Under the pieces are notes generated by a model that was not told where the DNA came from, made no database searches, and saw nothing but the letters and a program-made list of their open reading frames with translations. A DNA stretch of 64,000 bases from Eledone cirrhosa (Eukaryota), in assembly GCA_964016885.1 (NCBI GenBank), contig OZ024751.1, positions 36,766,001-36,830,000 on the forward strand. The letters are read 5' to 3'. Every line of letters starts with the position of its first letter. Within the stretch, counting starts at the first letter, position 1. A program made the position numbers and the translations under genes. Shown here in pieces: positions 1 to 15,671 of the stretch.

Positions 1-1888
1 TTAAACCGCTTTAGTTCAATTTTCATGCTAAACAATATCTAAAGTAAAAAAAATATCATTTCGTTGATGAAAATTTCATAAAAAATGAACTAAAACTACG
101 ATATTTTTTTCTCCTTCTGATTCAAAGCTTATAGGAAGAACATTAATTAAATGATTACGTAGATTATTTAAAGTTTTCAACTTTTAGATCCATATTCTTC
201 AAATTAACCGAAAAAAAATTAAAAACAAAAGAATGAAAGAAAGAATAAGATAGTAAGGAAAGAAAAGAGCGAAAAATAGCTCCTATTACTTTTTTTAATT
301 CTCAAATTTACTGAGAAATTGAAAATTGTTTTATATACATATTTTTTTTTTCATTATTATTCTAATTGAACCGAACTAGATTTGATAGCAAATATCGGGT
401 TATTCTTTTAATGTTTGGTGGAAGACATGTTGAATTTTCCGTAAAATTTCACAAGAGGCAATTATTTCATAATTTCGTTTATTTTCTAAAAAAATAGTTT
501 TTCATATTCAGTGAGAAAATCTTAGATTTTTGTCTAGATTCTACTAAGTTACGTTCTACAATTTAGCCCCCCCCCCTCCCCCATAAAAATCCAATATTTC
601 ATACAAAAAAGAAAGAGAAAATATCCATTATTATTAACACTATTACAAGGGTGGTGGATTGGCAGTATCGTTCTGAGTTCAAATCGTACCGAGATTAGCT
701 TTGCTATTTAGCCTACCAGGCTCGATAAGATAAAGTACCAGGGGTCGATTTAATCACACTGGGGTTAACTTATTCAACTTTCCCTTTCCGTTCAAATTGC
801 TCGCTTTGTGCCCAAACTAGAACCAAATACTAATACTATTTCAAAAGACAAAAGAGTGTCAGAGCGATGCATAAAGTTCGGGTTTCTAGTTTTTTTCCTT
901 ACGATTCTTTACATTCCGAGTACAAATATCGTCGAAGACAAATGTGCTTTTTCTCCTACCGTGGTTGACAGGTAATAGAATAATTTTGATGAATTCCAAC
1001 TATTCTCCCTCTCATCTTCTAAACTAAGGAGCTTTAAATAGGTATGGAGTGGCATATGTCACGTAGACCAATGCTTACTAACCAACCTGCTCATCTCTGT
1101 TCTGGCCAGCAGGCAACCTTAAGGAAGTTGTCAACATCACAAATTTACATCAACTTATTTCAGTAATATTATTTAAGGTCTATGACAAAAGAAAACAAAA
1201 ATAAAACAACCTATAAATGGATCATTTTAACAATTTAGGATAACACTTCATTTATTTATAAAGAAATTAATGAAAAAACAGGAATGGAAACAATAAGGGC
1301 AAAGGAAAACAAAAACGGAACGAAACACGGGAAATGTTCATCAATGTAGAAATGTAATGATTTGTTTTAGTTGTTTTTATAGTTGTTATGTTTATTGGAA
1401 TCATACAGAAGACACACATACACACACATACACACACATTACATACACATCCATATACACATATATATGTGTGTCTGTATTTGTACGTTTGTGTGTGTGT
1501 ATTTGTGTGTATGTGCATGTGTATTTGTGTATGTGAGTGTGCGTATGTACATCTATGTATGTAGATATAAAACATTTTCAAAATTTCTCTGCTTTACCTA
1601 TTTCAGCCATTCATTTATTTTATATTAGGTTTTTCTCCCATTTTTTGTCTAACTATTTACTACAAATTTTAGCAGAATATTTAAATCGTTCTTATTGTTA
1701 CTTATGTTCTTTTTGCTATCTATGTTGTTGTTGTTGCTATAGAAGTGAAAAGTTTAAAGGTTATTGTTGTATTTAACACATTTTTATACTTTTATTTGTT
1801 ATTGAACATTATCTTTATTTTTTTGGTATTTTCATCCATTTTTTTTTGTAAGGGCAGGAAATAATCTATCTATCTATCGACTTTTCTC

Positions 1889-1981
<93 letters not shown>

Positions 1982-2074
1982 GGGTGGATATAGATATATT
2001 GAGACAGTAGATGTCTACGTTTTTGACAAGGTATGCTTGTGTGTGTTCATATGTAACCCTGCATATATACAATT

Positions 2075-2134
<60 letters not shown>

Positions 2135-2258
2135 TTGTATGCGTTTAAACATACATTTATACATTTCTGTAAATGTATTTGAGATCTCTCTCCCTCTATC
2201 TCACATGCAAACAAATATATATATACACACACACACACACACATACACACGCACACAC

Positions 2259-2322
<64 letters not shown>

Positions 2323-2974
2323 TAATAAACATGATATTATGATACCTCGTTTCTACACCTTATTGTATATATATATACAGAGAGAGAGAGAAAGAAATAA
2401 TGTATACAGAGAGAGATATATAGATATATAATTGTATGTATGTGAAGCTGTGTGTGGGGACATTTTGATTTTAAGAAAATCAAAAAAAAGTGACAGCCAC
2501 TCCTGTATAGCTAGAACTTAGCAAGTCTTTCTAGGATTAAGGCTATTTCCTTTTTAGAAAATCTCCTGATTTTTATTGTTTCTTTAATAAAACAAACATT
2601 GAGAGAAGATTATATCTTGAAATAGAATTCATCATATTTACCTTATAAATATTTCAACTTCGTTAGCTTCACAATACTGATAGAGTTACCTACATTACTA
2701 ATTCTTTCTCTTATTCATCAGTCATACATACATACATACATACATACATACATACATACACAAACGATGAACGTAATACATACATACATAAACACACACA
2801 ATACATACATACATACATACATACATACATACATACATACATACATACATACATACATACATACATACATACATACAAAGATATATATACTGTTATATAT
2901 ATTGTAATGTGTCGTTTGGTTTGTTATATCTTTAATTTTTGCATGCACACAGATAAACACACATGTGCACATTC

Positions 2975-3038
<64 letters not shown>

Positions 3039-3947
3039 GCGTGTGTGTGAGTCTGAGATGCCTGTGTGTATGTGTATCCGTGTGAAACGCATACGCTCTA
3101 CAATTCACATATTAATTCGTCAAAAATTGGTGCAAATCTATAACGAAGTGCTCAGTAAGAAAAAAAATTATATATATATAATGACTCACACCTACACACA
3201 GATACATAAACACAAACCTATATACACACTCACACATACATATATATATATACAGTATATACATGAGTGTGTGCTGTATAAAAATGTACGTATATATATA
3301 CACACACACACGTGTCTATATATATGCATGCATGTATACTTTCTTCACCAAGCTATCGTTAGTCTCGTGTTGGATTTCTGCCAGAGTGTGTGAGCGTTGT
3401 GGTAATTGAAAGTTAATCCAAGCATTCCTGCTTAACTATGAGTATTTGAGACAATATAATGGAGATGATTGTATTATAACTATCTAGAGACTCAGCATTG
3501 TCAGTTGATATACTGGCCAGGCATTTTAACATGTTCTTTCCCTATCCCTACACAGGATCAATGGGATAAGTGTCAGAATCATGCTGTAGCCAGTTGGGGC
3601 TCAAATATACAACTATATAACCTTTACATGTTTACACACAGACACATACAGGCATGTACTAAAATATTTACACAGCCATGCACTTTCATAAAGAAACACA
3701 TGAACATGCATATATGCACCTATATATATTCACAGATTAAAGTATTAATGAATACATATATCATATATCTGCATGATATACGTTCGGGCATATATATGTA
3801 TATGTATGTATATATATATATATATATTACATATTACTATATTATATGTAAAGATATATTTTATATATTATTTATTTGCATACATATATACATTACGAAT
3901 ACAAATATGAATATATACGAATATACATTTATATCATATATTTTATA

Positions 3948-4016
<69 letters not shown>

Positions 4017-4597
4017 AGAGAGAGAGATAGAGAGATACATGTGTGTATGTATAATAAAAGAAACTGGCAAATGTGATCCCAATCCAATAACACATACGAA
4101 CAAGAAAGACCATCCGTACATATAAACCTTCCATATAAATTTACAACCACGCTCTTCAGAACCATACTGTAATCATACACCCATGGATGACATTAAACAA
4201 ACCTTTACTAATGACAGCTACATTGACTACGGGAGTCATCAGGCTGCAGCTGACATATATATTCCCCCACCAAAACACCAGAATCTATATCATATGATAA
4301 CATAATTAAAAAAGCTTAACACAGTATCAATTCGTTATTAGGAGACATTTAATAAAGCTGAACATTATATATACACATACACACACCTACATATATATAT
4401 ACATACAGATATATTCACAGACACACACACATATATACACACACCTTCATATATTGTATATATACATTTACATTTACACAGACACACACACATATATATA
4501 TATATATGTATATACGCAGAAATACACACACCACACACACACATATATATATATGTGTGTTATATATATATATATGTGTGTATGTTATATATATATA

Positions 4598-4629
<32 letters not shown>

Positions 4630-4842
4630 CATGTGTATGGTTCTAAAAAATAATTGAAGAAGCTAATAAAAAAGAAAAGAGAATGTTTTAAAGTGGACAC
4701 TGTATCTGACATTTTGTGTTCCTGGTTCTTAACCCCCCCCCCCCCCCACCACCACCGCCCCAGCCACATCTATGTTGTCCTTTCTTTCCTTTCATTACAC
4801 TTTTATTCCGACAAAACTCCCTTTTGCCACCGTTTGGTACGT

Positions 4843-4920
<78 letters not shown>

Positions 4921-5122
4921 TATATATATATAACTGATATATATTTATATATGTGTGTATGTGTATGAATATATAAATACATATATATATTTGATTTATA
5001 AAATATATATATACATAAGTATGTATATGAAAATATATATATATATATATATATTGATATACATTTATGTATACGTATATATATACATACATATATATAT
5101 ATATAAACACTTATATAAATGC

Positions 5123-5153
<31 letters not shown>

Positions 5154-5186
5154 TATAGTTATGTATACATACTTACATTCATAAAT

Positions 5187-5274
<88 letters not shown>

Positions 5275-5298
5275 GTATAAATACGTACATTCATAAAT

Positions 5299-5360
<62 letters not shown>

Positions 5361-5948
5361 GTATAAATACGTACATTCATAAATATACACACACATATAT
5401 ATATATATATATACATTTATGGATGTAAATTTGTTTATATACGTGAACGTATGTACATATAAGCAATGATCGCATCCAATTTAGTCTCACCACTCTCACA
5501 TCTCCCTCTCATCTTCTTATGGTCTCTGACTCCTTCCTTTTGTCTCATGTCTCACCCCAGCCATGCCCTCTACACCTCAGCTTACCTCCCCCTCAGACCC
5601 CCTTACACTCTCCTACAGGATGTGTAACTCATACTCTTCCTTACATGAAAAGACTTGTATTAAATATGTGCACAACACACTCCCCTGCAATGTAAGCACG
5701 CACATATAATACCGTTTGTTTAAAAGTCATACAAATACACACACATAAAGCTATCTATCTATCTATCTATCTATATCTATCTATATATCTGTCTATCTAT
5801 CTATCTATCTAACTATCTATCCATCTATCTAACTATCTGTCCATCTATATATATCTATCTATGTGTCTCTGTATGTATCTATTTATCTATCATTGTAAAT
5901 ATACATATATAAATACATCCACATTTGCACACACAGACGCCCTCCCCC

Positions 5949-5983
<35 letters not shown>

Positions 5984-6169
5984 TATATATATACATATAT
6001 ATATATATCCATAAATACAAAATGAAAAGAAAATATGAATAACATCATACAAATAAATTTGCTCAAGTTTCCATCGAATATCTCTCCCATTTCCTTATTC
6101 TCTCTCTCTCTCTCTCTCCCTCTTTCTCTCTCTGAGACACATATACACACTATGACAGACAAAAAGTAC

Positions 6170-6262
<93 letters not shown>

Positions 6263-6895
6263 CCAATTACACATCCACAACCATACACAAATATATACAT
6301 TTGTAAACCTACATCGTACACGCCTTACATATACACACAAAAAGAAACTAATTGAACATGAAAATATACAAAATAAAATGAATAATACAACAAAAAATAG
6401 ACCAAAGAAAAAAAAAACGATGGCAAAAAAACAAACAAAAAAAAACGACAACAAAAAACACACAAATCGCCAGAAAAAAATGGAAAGAAAGGAAAGACAA
6501 CTACGGTGTAACACACTTAGGCAGACATCGTATGTGTTTAGTAAAGCAGTCACGTGCACACACCTGTTTGAACAGCTTCCGTTAGCAGCGAGAGATTCTT
6601 GACCAAAGATGGAATCTAGCGCGAAAACCTTAAGTCTTTGAGTCTTAACAGCAATCTCCTGCAGTTTTCGTTTGTTTCTTTTTCTACTTGTCAGACGCAG
6701 AATGTTCCAGAAACAAAGCTACTGAGATCGGAAAGATAATCATACACGTTTAGACACCTAGGCATGCATGGATACACACATATTCACATTTTGCTTCTCA
6801 CACACACTCTCTCTCTCTCTCTCACTCCCCCCATCTCTCTCTCTCTCACACACACACACGTGCGCATGTCCACCACACTTGCAGACTTTCTGACA

Positions 6896-6949
<54 letters not shown>

Positions 6950-7028
6950 AATATATATATGTATATAAATATATATCTGCATATATATACATGTTTATAT
7001 ATGTGTATATATATATATATATATACAT

Positions 7029-7092
<64 letters not shown>

Positions 7093-7096
<4 letters not shown>

Positions 7097-7284
7097 CAAA
7101 GGAATTGTAGTAAGGAACCAAATGGACCATAACGCACCAGAGGACTCAATACTTAGGGTAGTAGAGTGGAAAATAGGAAAAAGTATGACCCTGACGGCAG
7201 AGCTCAAGCCGTTTCGACGGCTATTTCTGAGTCTAGAAATAGTCGTCGAAACGGCTTGAGCTCTGCCGTCGGGGTCATACTTTT

Positions 7285-7288
<4 letters not shown>
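7093..7288. mobile_element. Family C element with a 51-bp-arm hairpin; carries the 3' half of an HHR. Relatives at 7726-7769, 20657-20797, 33883-34000 and ~54170-54221
   Basis: Arms 7178-7228 and 7235-7285; motif GAAAC-GGC-ttgagctct-GCC-GTC-GGGGTC. Copies adjoin (TA)n. Confidence 0.75.
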
Positions 7289-7322
<34 letters not shown>

Positions 7323-7371
7323 ACACGCACACACACATATATATATGTGTATATATGTATATATATGTATG

Positions 7372-7403
<32 letters not shown>

Positions 7404-7661
7404 TGTATATAATATATATATATATATATATATTCAATCAGGGTTCAATCGGGGGTAATCACAGGGGTAATCACAGTACGTAAGGTACGCAAAACATTAA
7501 TAGAGTTTAAAAATCAAGTTTAATATAGACATTGCTTCATAAAAATGAAATACTTCTAATTATTTAGAAGTCATTTCTCTATAAAATAAATATGTTTATT
7601 CTCTACTACAGTATTGATTACCTATTATAATTCCTGATATCTCTCGATTTCCTTCGGAATA

Positions 7662-7724
<63 letters not shown>

Positions 7725-7781
7725 GGAACAGTTTCAAGACCCCGACGGCAGAGCTCAAGCCGTTTCGACATTTATTATTAT

Positions 7782-7839
<58 letters not shown>

Positions 7840-8192
7840 ATAATTGTTTCTACTTTTGGCACAAGGCCAGCAAATATTCAGTAGATTACTGGTACTTTAT
7901 TTTATCGACCCCGGAAGGATGAAAGGCAAAGTTAACCTCGGCAGGATTTGAACTCAGATCATATATATATAGTAATAATAATTTCTACTTTTGGCACAAG
8001 GCCAGCAATTACCCCAGTGTATTACTGGTACTTTATTTTATCGACCCCGTAAGGATGAAAGGCAAATAGTAATAATAATAATAAATGTGAAGACTAAAAT
8101 CCGAAGATAATATATATAAGAATATATAAAAACCGTAGAAGATCCCGTTATGGGTGAAAGCAGCGATTCTTTGCTTAAACTTTAATCTGATA

Positions 8193-8298
<106 letters not shown>

Positions 8299-8422
8299 GG
8301 AGGTGAGTTTTATTGTAGTACAATAAAGCAATGCAGATATCGGATAAGAAGCACCCTACAGTTTGTAGAACTGGAGTATACATAATATATAAGATCAAAA
8401 GATGGTTAAAAGAGTTCCATGT

Positions 8423-8491
8423 ATTTTATTATGCGCATTTCAAAAACAAATATCATCATGCAATAACATTTGTGTTTTCATCAGATAAAAT
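8423..8491 (-). ncRNA. Type I hammerhead ribozyme, family A (inverted copy)
   Basis: Reverse complement of 8634-8702. Confidence 0.85.
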
Positions 8492-8633
8492 GTTATTGCA
8501 TGATGATATTTGTTTTTGAAATGATGAAAATTTATTATTATTATTACTATTTGCCTTTCATCCTTACGGGGTCGATAAAATAAAGTACCAGTAATACACT
8601 GGGGTTATTGTTGGCCTTGTGCCAAAAGTAGAT

Positions 8634-8702
8634 ATTTTATCTGATGAAAACACAAATGTTATTGCATGATGATATTTGTTTTTGAAATGCGCATAATAAA
8701 AT
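8634..8702 (+). ncRNA. Type I hammerhead ribozyme, family A
   Basis: ATTTTAT-CTGATGA-[long stem II]-GAAA-TGCGCA-TA-ATAAAAT. Stem I is 7 bp, stem III is the palindrome ATGCGCAT, and the cleavage triplet is AUA. Confidence 0.85.
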
Positions 8703-8733
8703 ACATGGAACTCTTTTAACCATCTTTTGATCT

Positions 8734-8799
<66 letters not shown>

Positions 8800-9157
8800 A
8801 GGATGGAGTTATGTAACTATTACCAAAAGAGATCTGTTGTTGCATTGCTATTTTCAAGAAATCATGCAATAAGAATCAATCACAACATCCCTACTCTCAT
8901 CCCCATCTCCAACAACAACACCACGATCTACATCACCATCTCCACCGTCCTTCCAGCACAACCTCCACCAACCCCATCACCATCATCATCAAGACTAGCA
9001 CCACCATGATCAATATTACCAACTCCACAGTCCTTCCAGCACCTTCCAGCACCACCCCCAACAACAACAACAACAACAAAACCCTCACTACCACCATAAT
9101 TACTATTACCAGAATGACTTTAAAACTTAGTGTTCAATCATCATCATTAACCCAACA

Positions 9158-9425
9158 CTACCACCACCACCACCACCACCACCACCACCACCACCGCCAC
9201 CACCACCACCACCACCACCGCCATCACCGCCGCCACCACCACCACCACCACCACCAACACCAACACCACCACCACCACCACCACCACCGCCACTACCACC
9301 GCCACCACCACCACCACCACCACCACCACCGCCACCACCGCCACCACCACCACCACCACCACCACCACCACCACCACCACCACCACCACTACCACCGCCA
9401 CTACTACCACCACCACCACTTCCAC
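9158..9425. repeat. (CCA)n microsatellite
   Basis: Seen directly. Confidence 0.95.
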
Positions 9426-10039
9426 CAATACAAGGATACATCCAGATACCACAATCTCTCTCATTTCTACTACTACTACCACCCTGAAAACTTTAAACCC
9501 TTACCCTCCTACCATCAAACCTCACCAGCATTAGCATCACAATCACCACTACCAACACGCATCCACCAAAAACTCTGTAACGTAGCACACAACATCTCTT
9601 TTCAGTCTGGGTCCGTGTAAAGTGTTCAGTAATGATGTAAAGGTATTAATAGCTTCACTTGAAACTGCGCTCAAGTAGAATTAATCCGTGTACATGGCTG
9701 TTACAACAACACGTACTCGTGTTGCTAAACTAGGCTCTGGTTATATGAGCGACGGAATTAAGTATTTGATTCATTGTTACTGGCCCTTATGTAATGGAGA
9801 GGTAGAAGGCGGGTTAATGAAGGAAGAAGAAAAGGAAGGAAGTTCAATAGAAGAGTAAGTGTTAAAGATGAAGCAGGTAGGAAATGATATACCTGCTTAT
9901 TGTTTCATGTCGTGATGTTTAAAGAGAAAAACGGAAAAGACCAATGTATTTATATATATATATATAAATATATATACATATATATATATAGTATAAAGAA
10001 AACGAAAAATCAATGATGCATCTGGACTTAATTTATTGC

Positions 10040-10093
<54 letters not shown>

Positions 10094-10138
10094 ATAATAA
10101 TAAAAGCAGCGATTCTTTGCTTAAACTTTAATCTGTTA

Positions 10139-10176
<38 letters not shown>

Positions 10177-10344
10177 TGGTATTCATTTATGCTCATACAC
10201 GGAAGAAAAACTTTTACAGACACACGCACACATATATACACACATATGTGTGTATATATGCATATAAATGTGTATAATTCTATTATTAATATTGAAAGGT
10301 CCGTACCCTAATCCTACAATTCACGAGGCGATTGCAGCTACGAA

Positions 10345-11180
10345 TAATTTGTTCTGCTTTTGGCACAAGGACAGCAAATTACTGGTACTTTATGTTATGG
10401 AAAAGAAACAAAGTTAAAGATGATTTCTGTGAAATTTCAATAATAATAATAATTGTTTCCAATTTAGGCACAAAGCCAACAATTTGTGGGGAGGGGAAGG
10501 TCATTATGCCGACCCCAGTACGGGACTGGTACTTTTATCGACCTTAGAAGGATGAAATGCAAAGATGACGCCAATACTGATAATAACTGTTTCTACTTTA
10601 GGCACAAGGCCAGCAATTATCCAGTACATTACTGGTACTTTATTCTATCGACGCCGTAAGGATGAAAGGCAAAGTCAACCTCGACGGGATTTGAACTCAG
10701 ATCGTAAAGGGACGTAACTATGCTACAAATCATGGCGTCCGACCCTCTATCGATACTGCCAATCTCCCACCCTAACATGGCGTCCGACCCTCTACCGATA
10801 CTGCCAATCCAAATAATGGTTTCTTATATAGGCACTAGGCCAGCAATTTTGGGGTCGGGAAAAGTCGATTGAATCGATCCCAGTGCATTACTGGTACTTT
10901 ATTTTATCGATACCGAAAGGATGAAAGGGAAAGGAATCCTCGGTGGGGTTTGATTTAGGCTCAAGGCTAGCAATTTTGGAAGGAAGGAAAATCGATTGGC
11001 AATGTCGGTAGAGCGTCGGACGCCATGCTTTGCAGCACAGTGCTACGGCCCTTTATGTTCTGACTTCAAATCCCGCCGAGGATAACTTTGCTTTTCATCC
11101 TTACGGGGTCGATAAAATAAAGTACCAGTAATACACTGGGGAAATTGCTGGCCTTGTGCCTAAAGTAGAAACAATTATTA
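10345..11180. mobile_element. Cluster of SINE copies and fragments (minus copies 10345-10990, plus copy about 10997-11180)
   Basis: Repeated ggcacaaggccagcaatt...actggtactttattttatcgacccc segments. Further copies near 645-830, 7840-8065, 19059-19232, 32375-32557, 36240-36555, 39170-39335, 50405-50595 and 55150-55600. Confidence 0.85.
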
Positions 11181-11189
11181 TAATTAACA

Positions 11190-11202
11190 CAACCACTACC
11201 AT

Positions 11203-11250
<48 letters not shown>

Positions 11251-11455
11251 CACTACTACCACTGCTACTACTGCTACTACTACTACTACCACTACTACTA
11301 TTACTACTACCACCACCATCACCACCACCACCACCACCACTACTACTACCACTACTACTACTACCACTACTACCACTACTACCACTACTACTGCCACTAC
11401 CACCACCACCACCACCACCACCACCACCACCACCACCACCACCACCACCACCACC

Positions 11456-11512
<57 letters not shown>

Positions 11513-11538
11513 GCTGCTGCTACTACTACTACCACAAC
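11190..11538. repeat. Compound (ACT)n/(ACC)n microsatellite
   Basis: Seen directly. Confidence 0.95.
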
Positions 11539-11762
11539 ATTATAAAAACACAGAAAATTTAAAATAAATGAAAAGAGCCATGAATAAATGTTCCCCAACT
11601 ATTTCTATACCAATATATTTACTCCGTGATCAGAATTTTACTTTTCTTAATCCTTTTCTATATTCCTTAATCTATTTCTATTCTCTTTCTTGATTTCCTT
11701 CTTCTTTTCCCTCCTCTCACTCTCTCTCTCCTCTCTCCTCTCATATATACGTGTATATATAA

Positions 11763-11845
<83 letters not shown>

Positions 11846-11856
11846 CATGTATATAC

Positions 11857-11929
<73 letters not shown>

Positions 11930-12569
11930 GTATTCACCAATTCTTTCTTTCTTTAAAACCTCAAACATGTAGGATATTTTTTTTATTTTTCAATATCTAC
12001 CTATCTATATATATGTATGTATGTGTATGTGTATGCACGTATGTATGTATATATATATATCTTTATATATATATATATATATATTTTTTATATTTAAATA
12101 CCTTTTTCTTTTTCCACACGATCTCGTTTTCAGAATAGTGCTAAGCTATTCATAGCAGCTTGTGCAAATTAATGAACCAACAACATTTAAAACATTTCTG
12201 TGTGTATATGACAGCTTTTTATTTTTATTTACAGCTAATAATTTACAATAAATGTTAAAAGCGTCTCCCATTCAACAACGGGTTTCGACTTTTACAAAGG
12301 AAGACCTCATCAGTAGCCAAGTCAGAGACACAACCAGGTGCCAACGTCTGGACTCGAACTTATAACAGCGAAATAAATAGATATTCGAACACAATTAAAA
12401 TAACAAAGTTTCCCCAGTGGGGCGCAAATTAAAATATACTTGTTGTTTTTCTAATGTTTTGTTCTTTCTAATAAAAAATAACTTTGGAAACATTTTAAAA
12501 CCTTAGTTTGAATAAGACAAAACAAAACAAATGACAAAACAAACAAAAAAAAAAACGATGCAGAAACTA

Positions 12570-12609
<40 letters not shown>

Positions 12610-12693
12610 AAAAGGTAAACAGAAATAACATCACAATCGGTACAGTTTATGGAAGGGATATATTAGGTTAACGCTTGATATAGCAGGAAGAGG

Positions 12694-12731
12694 TTCTTAA
12701 CGTTTCGGACGCTAGTCCTTCATCAGAAGAA
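12694..12731 (-). ncRNA. Minimal type I hammerhead ribozyme (PLE-type)
   Basis: Minus strand reads TTCTT-CTGATGA-A-GGAC-TAGC-GTCC-GAAAC-GTT-AAGAA: 5-bp stem I, 4-bp stem II, palindromic AACGTT stem III. It lies in an island of about 200 bp between microsatellites. Confidence 0.85.
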
Positions 12732-12809
12732 AGAATGAAAAATAAGATAGGCGGACGGGTTGGAATAGGAAAAAATGTCTTTAGATAAAAATAACAGATC
12801 CATTCATGT

Positions 12810-12884
<75 letters not shown>

Positions 12885-13055
12885 CATATATATAATATAT
12901 CAAACACCCTCATATTTGTACCTAAGCACACTCAAATATTCCATAACATATTTATGACCGATGATACTTGCATTTTTTAATACTAAATCTTAGTAAGTAA
13001 ATATCTCAGTAAGTATCATTTCCTAAAGCATACATACATATACATATACCTGCAT

Positions 13056-13087
<32 letters not shown>

Positions 13088-13375
13088 CATACATACAGGC
13101 ATACGTATACATAAATATATAGAAATGCATACATACATGTATATATAAATATATATGCATACATATATGTACACACATACACACACACAGATATGTATGT
13201 ATATTGTAAGGGAATGTTATCATGTTGTATATTGTTTAAATGTTAAAGAAGAAAAATATATGGAATTTTATGTAATGTTGTAACCTAAAGCAGATTTCAA
13301 ACAGAAAACAATAAAGAAGCATTCCGTAATTTATTCATAAATAAACATGTATATACACATATACACATGTATACA

Positions 13376-13446
<71 letters not shown>

Positions 13447-13466
13447 TTATTAAAATAACAGATTAA

Positions 13467-13518
13467 AGTTTAAGCAAAGAATCGCTGCTTTCACCCTTAA
13501 CGGGCTCTTCTGAAAACT
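13467..13518 (-). ncRNA. Hammerhead-like motif with variant core CAGAAGA, family B
   Basis: Minus strand reads TTT-CAGAAGA-GCCC-GTTAA-GGGT-GAAA-GCAG-cgattct-TTGC-TT-AAAC. Related copies lie near 8137, 10103, 16703, 33655, 33786, 41079, 41132 and 49168. Confidence 0.6.
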
Positions 13519-13571
13519 CATATGTATATATATATAAACTATATTTATATATATATATACATATGTACATA

Positions 13572-13690
<119 letters not shown>

Positions 13691-13759
13691 TGATATATAT
13701 ATATGTACATATATATTTATATATATATATGTATTTATAGATAAGTACACACACATATA

Positions 13760-13796
<37 letters not shown>

Positions 13797-13981
13797 TCCG
13801 CGTTATATTTGTGTTCTGGAAAACACAACCTTCTGCCTTCAATGTCGTTCAACCGTTCTCTGCCCTAAGATATACCCACAAGATCGTCAATACTTACTGA
13901 ATGAACCCGAATTTCATGAACTTTTCCAGATATTCTCTTAAGAACACACATACACAAACACATACACACATACAGACACAT

Positions 13982-14044
<63 letters not shown>

Positions 14045-14076
14045 AATAGGGGGAGAGAGAGAAATATATATATATA

Positions 14077-14135
<59 letters not shown>

Positions 14136-14149
14136 AAGAGTGATAGAGG

Positions 14150-14211
<62 letters not shown>

Positions 14212-14636
14212 CACCCCTAGACACATGCACATTTCCTTATACATGCTATGTCACTGCTAGTTGACAATATGGCAGAGGAATATAGAAATATGTTTACCAA
14301 TTCTCTAAAACAATAAATAAGATTAACTACACCAACATCGTCACCATTAAATGTTATATTACATAATAAATATTATTTACCATTATCACTAACACCATAT
14401 CTATCACCATCGTCGTCACCATTAACACTAACACCATCGCTATCGTCATCATCGTCATCATCATCACCATTAACACTAACATCATCATCGTCATCATCAT
14501 CACCATTAACACTAACATCATATATAGGCTCAGACCCATGAGTCTAACAGTACCACCCGTAGACTGAAATATCTTCTTGAATTCGTATTTACGTGTTTAG
14601 ATCGATGCAAAGGTTTCCATGTCATCATGTATCTTA

Positions 14637-14694
<58 letters not shown>

Positions 14695-15122
14695 TCTATC
14701 TCTCTATCTCTTTTCCTTCCTTTCCTCCTCTTTACATTTCTTCCTTACCCCCGGGTGAACACTTTAAGTAAACATATTTGATAGCCAAACCAGGAGGAAT
14801 AATGTTGAATGAGCCGACGACGAGGTAGTGTGTTGTTTTGGGCTGAGAGCAACTATAATCATGTATGTATGTATGCCTTTGTCAAGGCAGAATTCTAGGA
14901 GAAGTAAAACTCTGATATAACACCTGCAACCCTGATGGTATCCAATGATGTTGACGTGTTCTTCTTTTTGGTAAATATCATCTTGGTTAAGAGAGTGGGA
15001 CTGGCTTTGTGCAGTACCTTTGCTCACTATAAAAGCTTCACGGCACAGGCATTGCTTTATATCTGGAGATCTCTCTGCACTTGTCGTCACATGGTACCAT
15101 GGGCCCAGCACTATGTGTCAAT

Positions 15123-15280
15123 AATGGTCACAAGTGTAGTCTTTGTACCAGAGTCTTCAAGTCGCTGGCTGGACTAAAAAGTCACACTCGTTCAGCGCAT
15201 GAGTAGGGGTTCTCCTACATGGATATAAAGTAGTGGCCGTACTCGAAAACGAGTTGGCAGCCACCATGTATGTATGTATG
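15123..15280 (+). mobile_element. LINE 3' remnant (RTE-like) with terminal C2H2 finger and (ATGT)n tail
   Basis: 15123-15206 reads NGHKCSLCTRVFKSLAGLKSHTRSAHE* (C-x2-C-x12-H-x4-H), followed by a short UTR with a ctcg..cgag hairpin and an (atgt)n tail. A second copy of the 3' end lies at about 15322-15396. Confidence 0.65.
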
Positions 15281-15535
15281 TATATATATATATATTTTTT
15301 TTTCTTTTTTTTCCTCGTGCAATGGCCATACTCGATAACGAGGGGGCAACCATCATGTATGTATGTATGTATGTATGTATGTATGTATGTATGTATGCAT
15401 GTGTGTGTGTGGGGGAGGGGTGTAAGTGTGTAGGTATGCATGTGTGTGTATATATGTCTGTAGGCGTGTAAGTATATAAATATCTATATGATTATTTATA
15501 TATCTCTCTATATGTATATATATATATGTGTGTGT

Positions 15536-15671
<136 letters not shown>

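Noticed and set aside
15123-15206. Host C2H2 zinc-finger gene
   Set aside because: A single terminal finger followed by a stop, short UTR and tandem tail fits a LINE ORF end better.
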